Source of the DNA: an uncultured Coprococcus sp.
GTDB taxonomy: Bacteria > Bacillota > Clostridia > Lachnospirales > Lachnospiraceae
Length of the DNA stretch: 64,000 nt
Reading direction: 5' to 3'
Assembly (NCBI GenBank): GCA_902461735.1
Contig: CABPYV010000007.1
Span: forward strand, 96,471-160,470
The translations under genes and the position numbers were made by a program. Shown in pieces: positions 62,049-64,000 of this stretch (the first letter of the stretch is position 1; every line of letters begins with the position of its first letter). The notes beneath the pieces were generated by a model. That model was given only the letters and a program-made list of their open reading frames with translations. It was not told the DNA's origin and did no database searches.

Positions 62049-63239
62049 ATGAGTGACACAACTGTGGATAATAGCAGTACAGAGAAAAGTAAATATACTT
62101 CAGGAACAGTGTATAAGATCATAATAGCCATGACGTTTCTGCTGGCATTTGGACTTATAATGGTGGCAAGTACGTCTAAGGTTCAGGAAGTTTCGGCTAA
62201 TTTTAAAGAGCATGTTATTTATATACTTGTAGGTATATTTTTTATATGTTTGGCTGCGTTTGTACCATATAGTGTATATAAGAAGTTTGCCTGGGTGGCA
62301 TATGGAATATCGATAATACTTACGTTGTGTCTTCTCAATAAGTCTTGGGGAGTGGAAGTAAATGGTGCTACAAGATGGCTTAAATTTCCAGGAGTTCCAC
62401 AGTTTCAGGTTGCAGATATAGTAAAGACATGTATGATCATATTTATTGCTTCATATATAAGTAGTATGTGGCGTGAGATGGAAAAGCTAAAAACCATATT
62501 TATATTATGGGGATTAGTTGGAGCACAGGCTATACTTTTGTACAAAATATCAAATAACCTGAGTTCATGCCTTGTAATTCTTGGAATATGTTTTCTTTGC
62601 ACATTTATAACTAGCAAGAATTGGAAATTGCATGCTCTGGTCATGGGTATAGTACTTATCGCCGCTGTTGTATTGGTATTGTATGTCAGAACACATCTTC
62701 CAACCCCTGAGGAGCTTGCTAAGAATGATGACTTCAGATTTGAGAGAATACTTGGATGGCTTTTCACAGACAAGTATGAGCTTGATTCGGGATATCAGGT
62801 TAAGCAGTCTCTCTATGCAATAGGAAGCGGTTCATTACTTGGAAAAGGTCTTGGAGCAGGAACACAGAAACTGGAAAAGATCCCAGAGGCACAGAACGAT
62901 ATGATATTTGCAATTGTGTGTGAGGAGCTGGGACTGGTTGGTGCAGTACTTTTGTTCCTTATGTACGGATATCTTATATATCAGTTTTATGTGATCGTTA
63001 AAGAGTCATCAAATGTATTTGGAAGTGTTCTAGTAATAGGAACTATGGTGCATTTTATTTGTCAGATAATCATAAATGTATGTGTAGCTACAAATATGTT
63101 TCCAAATACGGGAGTCTCTCTTCCATTTATAAGTTCGGGAGGTTCGGCACTGATAACGACAATGATGGAATGCGGAATATGCATAGGGGTGCGTAGGCAG
63201 CAGACTAGAAGAATGTATCAGAAATATCTGGCGGAATAA
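62049..63239 (+). CDS. SEDS-family peptidoglycan glycosyltransferase (FtsW/RodA/SpoVE).
   Basis: 396 aa, about 10 TM. Motifs SGYQ...QSLYAIGSG...GKGLG, NDMIFAIVCEELG and LPFISSGGS. GGAGGT RBS. Confidence 0.85.
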   Translation: MSDTTVDNSSTEKSKYTSGTVYKIIIAMTFLLAFGLIMVASTSKVQEVSANFKEHVIYILVGIFFICLAAFVPYSVYKKFAWVAYGISIILTLCLLNKSWGVEVNGATRWLKFPGVPQFQVADIVKTCMIIFIASYISSMWREMEKLKTIFILWGLVGAQAILLYKISNNLSSCLVILGICFLCTFITSKNWKLHALVMGIVLIAAVVLVLYVRTHLPTPEELAKNDDFRFERILGWLFTDKYELDSGYQVKQSLYAIGSGSLLGKGLGAGTQKLEKIPEAQNDMIFAIVCEELGLVGAVLLFLMYGYLIYQFYVIVKESSNVFGSVLVIGTMVHFICQIIINVCVATNMFPNTGVSLPFISSGGSALITTMMECGICIGVRRQQTRRMYQKYLAE

Positions 63240-63382
63240 ACTACATTCCGAAAACTATATTCCGGAAACCACATTCTGAAGACTACATAGATTTGTAAAA
63301 ATATAAGTTGATTTTTATGCAAAAAAAGATGCAAAAAAGATAACGAAAAAATAGATAATTAGAAAATAAGAGGAGAGAATGT

Positions 63383-64000
63383 ATGAGAAAAATAAGAGAG
63401 ATTGCTCTTGTCACAGCGGCAGCGGTACTTATGTCAGTTTGTCCTGTAGATATTGGAAGTCTGAAAAGTAGTACAAGCGCAACAGGATATAAAGTGTATG
63501 CGTCGGAAAATAATGATGAAGAAGTTGCCAGTCCAACCCAGCCAGAAAAGCCGGTTGAAAAAAACGGCTGGTATACTGTAAATGGAAAGAGACTCTATTA
63601 TGAAAATGGAACCTTACAGAAAGATGTACTTCTTAAGATAAAGGAAAAATCCGGAAGTAAGACATACGATAATATATACTATCTTGGAACTGATGGTGCT
63701 GCATTCAGTGGACTTAAGAGAGTGCAGGGAACTCTATATTACTTTGATGGTTCATCAAAAACTTTTCCATGTGCTGCGATAAGCGGATGGAAAACAGTAA
63801 ACGGCAGAAAATACTATTTTCTTAAAGACAAGAAGGCAGCTGTTGGCTTGACTGTTATAGGTTCAAATAAATACTATTTTGGATTAGAGAATAATGTGCT
63901 TCAGAGCGGGCTTAAGAAACTGAAGAGCGGATATATGTATTTCTCTAAAAAAACAGGAGTGGCAGAAACAAATAAAATAGCCAACAACATGTATTTCAAC
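63383..64000 (+). CDS. Partial CDS (runs off the window). Secreted protein with cell-wall-binding (choline-binding-type) repeats.
   Basis: Signal peptide MRKIREIALVTAAAVLMSV. Repeated GWxxxNGKxYYF / YYFxxxG motifs. AGGAGAG RBS. Confidence 0.6.
   Translation, partial: MRKIREIALVTAAAVLMSVCPVDIGSLKSSTSATGYKVYASENNDEEVASPTQPEKPVEKNGWYTVNGKRLYYENGTLQKDVLLKIKEKSGSKTYDNIYYLGTDGAAFSGLKRVQGTLYYFDGSSKTFPCAAISGWKTVNGRKYYFLKDKKAAVGLTVIGSNKYYFGLENNVLQSGLKKLKSGYMYFSKKTGVAETNKIANNMYFN

Noticed and set aside
1-64000. Prophage, IS element, integron, CRISPR-Cas, restriction-modification or toxin-antitoxin systems.
   Set aside because: No integrase, transposase, Cas, methyltransferase or endonuclease, or TA-like gene pairs were recognised in any frame. 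The window is a core origin-proximal region.

Overview
This window is the chromosomal replication-origin region of a low-GC Firmicute, probably a Clostridia / Lachnospiraceae-like organism. No tools were run; every call rests on reading motifs and translating by eye, so coordinates of small sites are +/- a few bp and protein family names rest on recognised sequence motifs only.

Reading left to right, the window holds:
- a partial gene (minus strand) for a Gln/Pro/Tyr-rich tandem-repeat membrane protein;
- uvrA and uvrB (minus), with an SOS (Cheo) box 42 bp upstream of uvrB;
- a small ORF with its own promoter, a palindromic operator and a ~300-nt structured leader;
- a T-box-controlled trpE-G-D-C-B-A operon (minus) that lacks trpF;
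- two convergent MATE efflux transporter genes, a lipoprotein gene, a degraded aldo/keto reductase pseudogene, a permease gene and pepD;
- a plus-strand block of mrp/apbC, a PflX-like radical SAM gene, 2x tRNA-Lys, trmB, an orphan DegS-like GHKL protein, argS, parA, parB, a DUF4446 gene, serS, a hypothetical gene, tRNA-Arg and a KapD-like exonuclease gene;
- the canonical rsmG-mnmG-mnmE-jag-yidC-yidD-rnpA-rpmH array (minus);
- a bipartite oriC with DnaA-box clusters on both sides of dnaA, then dnaA-dnaN-yaaA-recF-gyrB-gyrA;
- split fumarate hydratase alpha/beta genes, a secreted FN3-repeat protein gene and tRNA-Ser/Asn/Cys;
- an FHA protein, a zinc-ribbon/TPR membrane protein, two further membrane-anchored proteins and a SEDS (FtsW/RodA) cluster;
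- a partial gene for a cell-wall-binding-repeat protein.

No phage, IS, CRISPR-Cas or recognisable defence genes were seen.

The most unusual structure is a 1.6-kb gene-free stretch between argS and parA. It has strong polypyrimidine/polypurine strand asymmetry. It contains a phased T-tract segment followed by about 40 contiguous, degenerate 19-bp direct repeats (core CGTGT + TTCTTTCT) with a ~160-bp higher-order repeat. Perfect 16-bp parS sites bracket it at both ends, and a third perfect parS overlaps the annotated parB start. I interpret this as a candidate extended centromere / partition-complex or other origin-proximal protein-binding array, not a gene.

Other notable points:
- a GC-rich hairpin element (GGGACGGAGG...CCTCCGTCCC) is inserted in-frame inside trpC, adding about 18 codons, with further copies upstream of the trp leader;
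- GC-rich palindromes sit in the trpE-trpG spacer;
- a ~14-kb block that includes parAB, argS and serS is transcribed head-on to replication right next to oriC.
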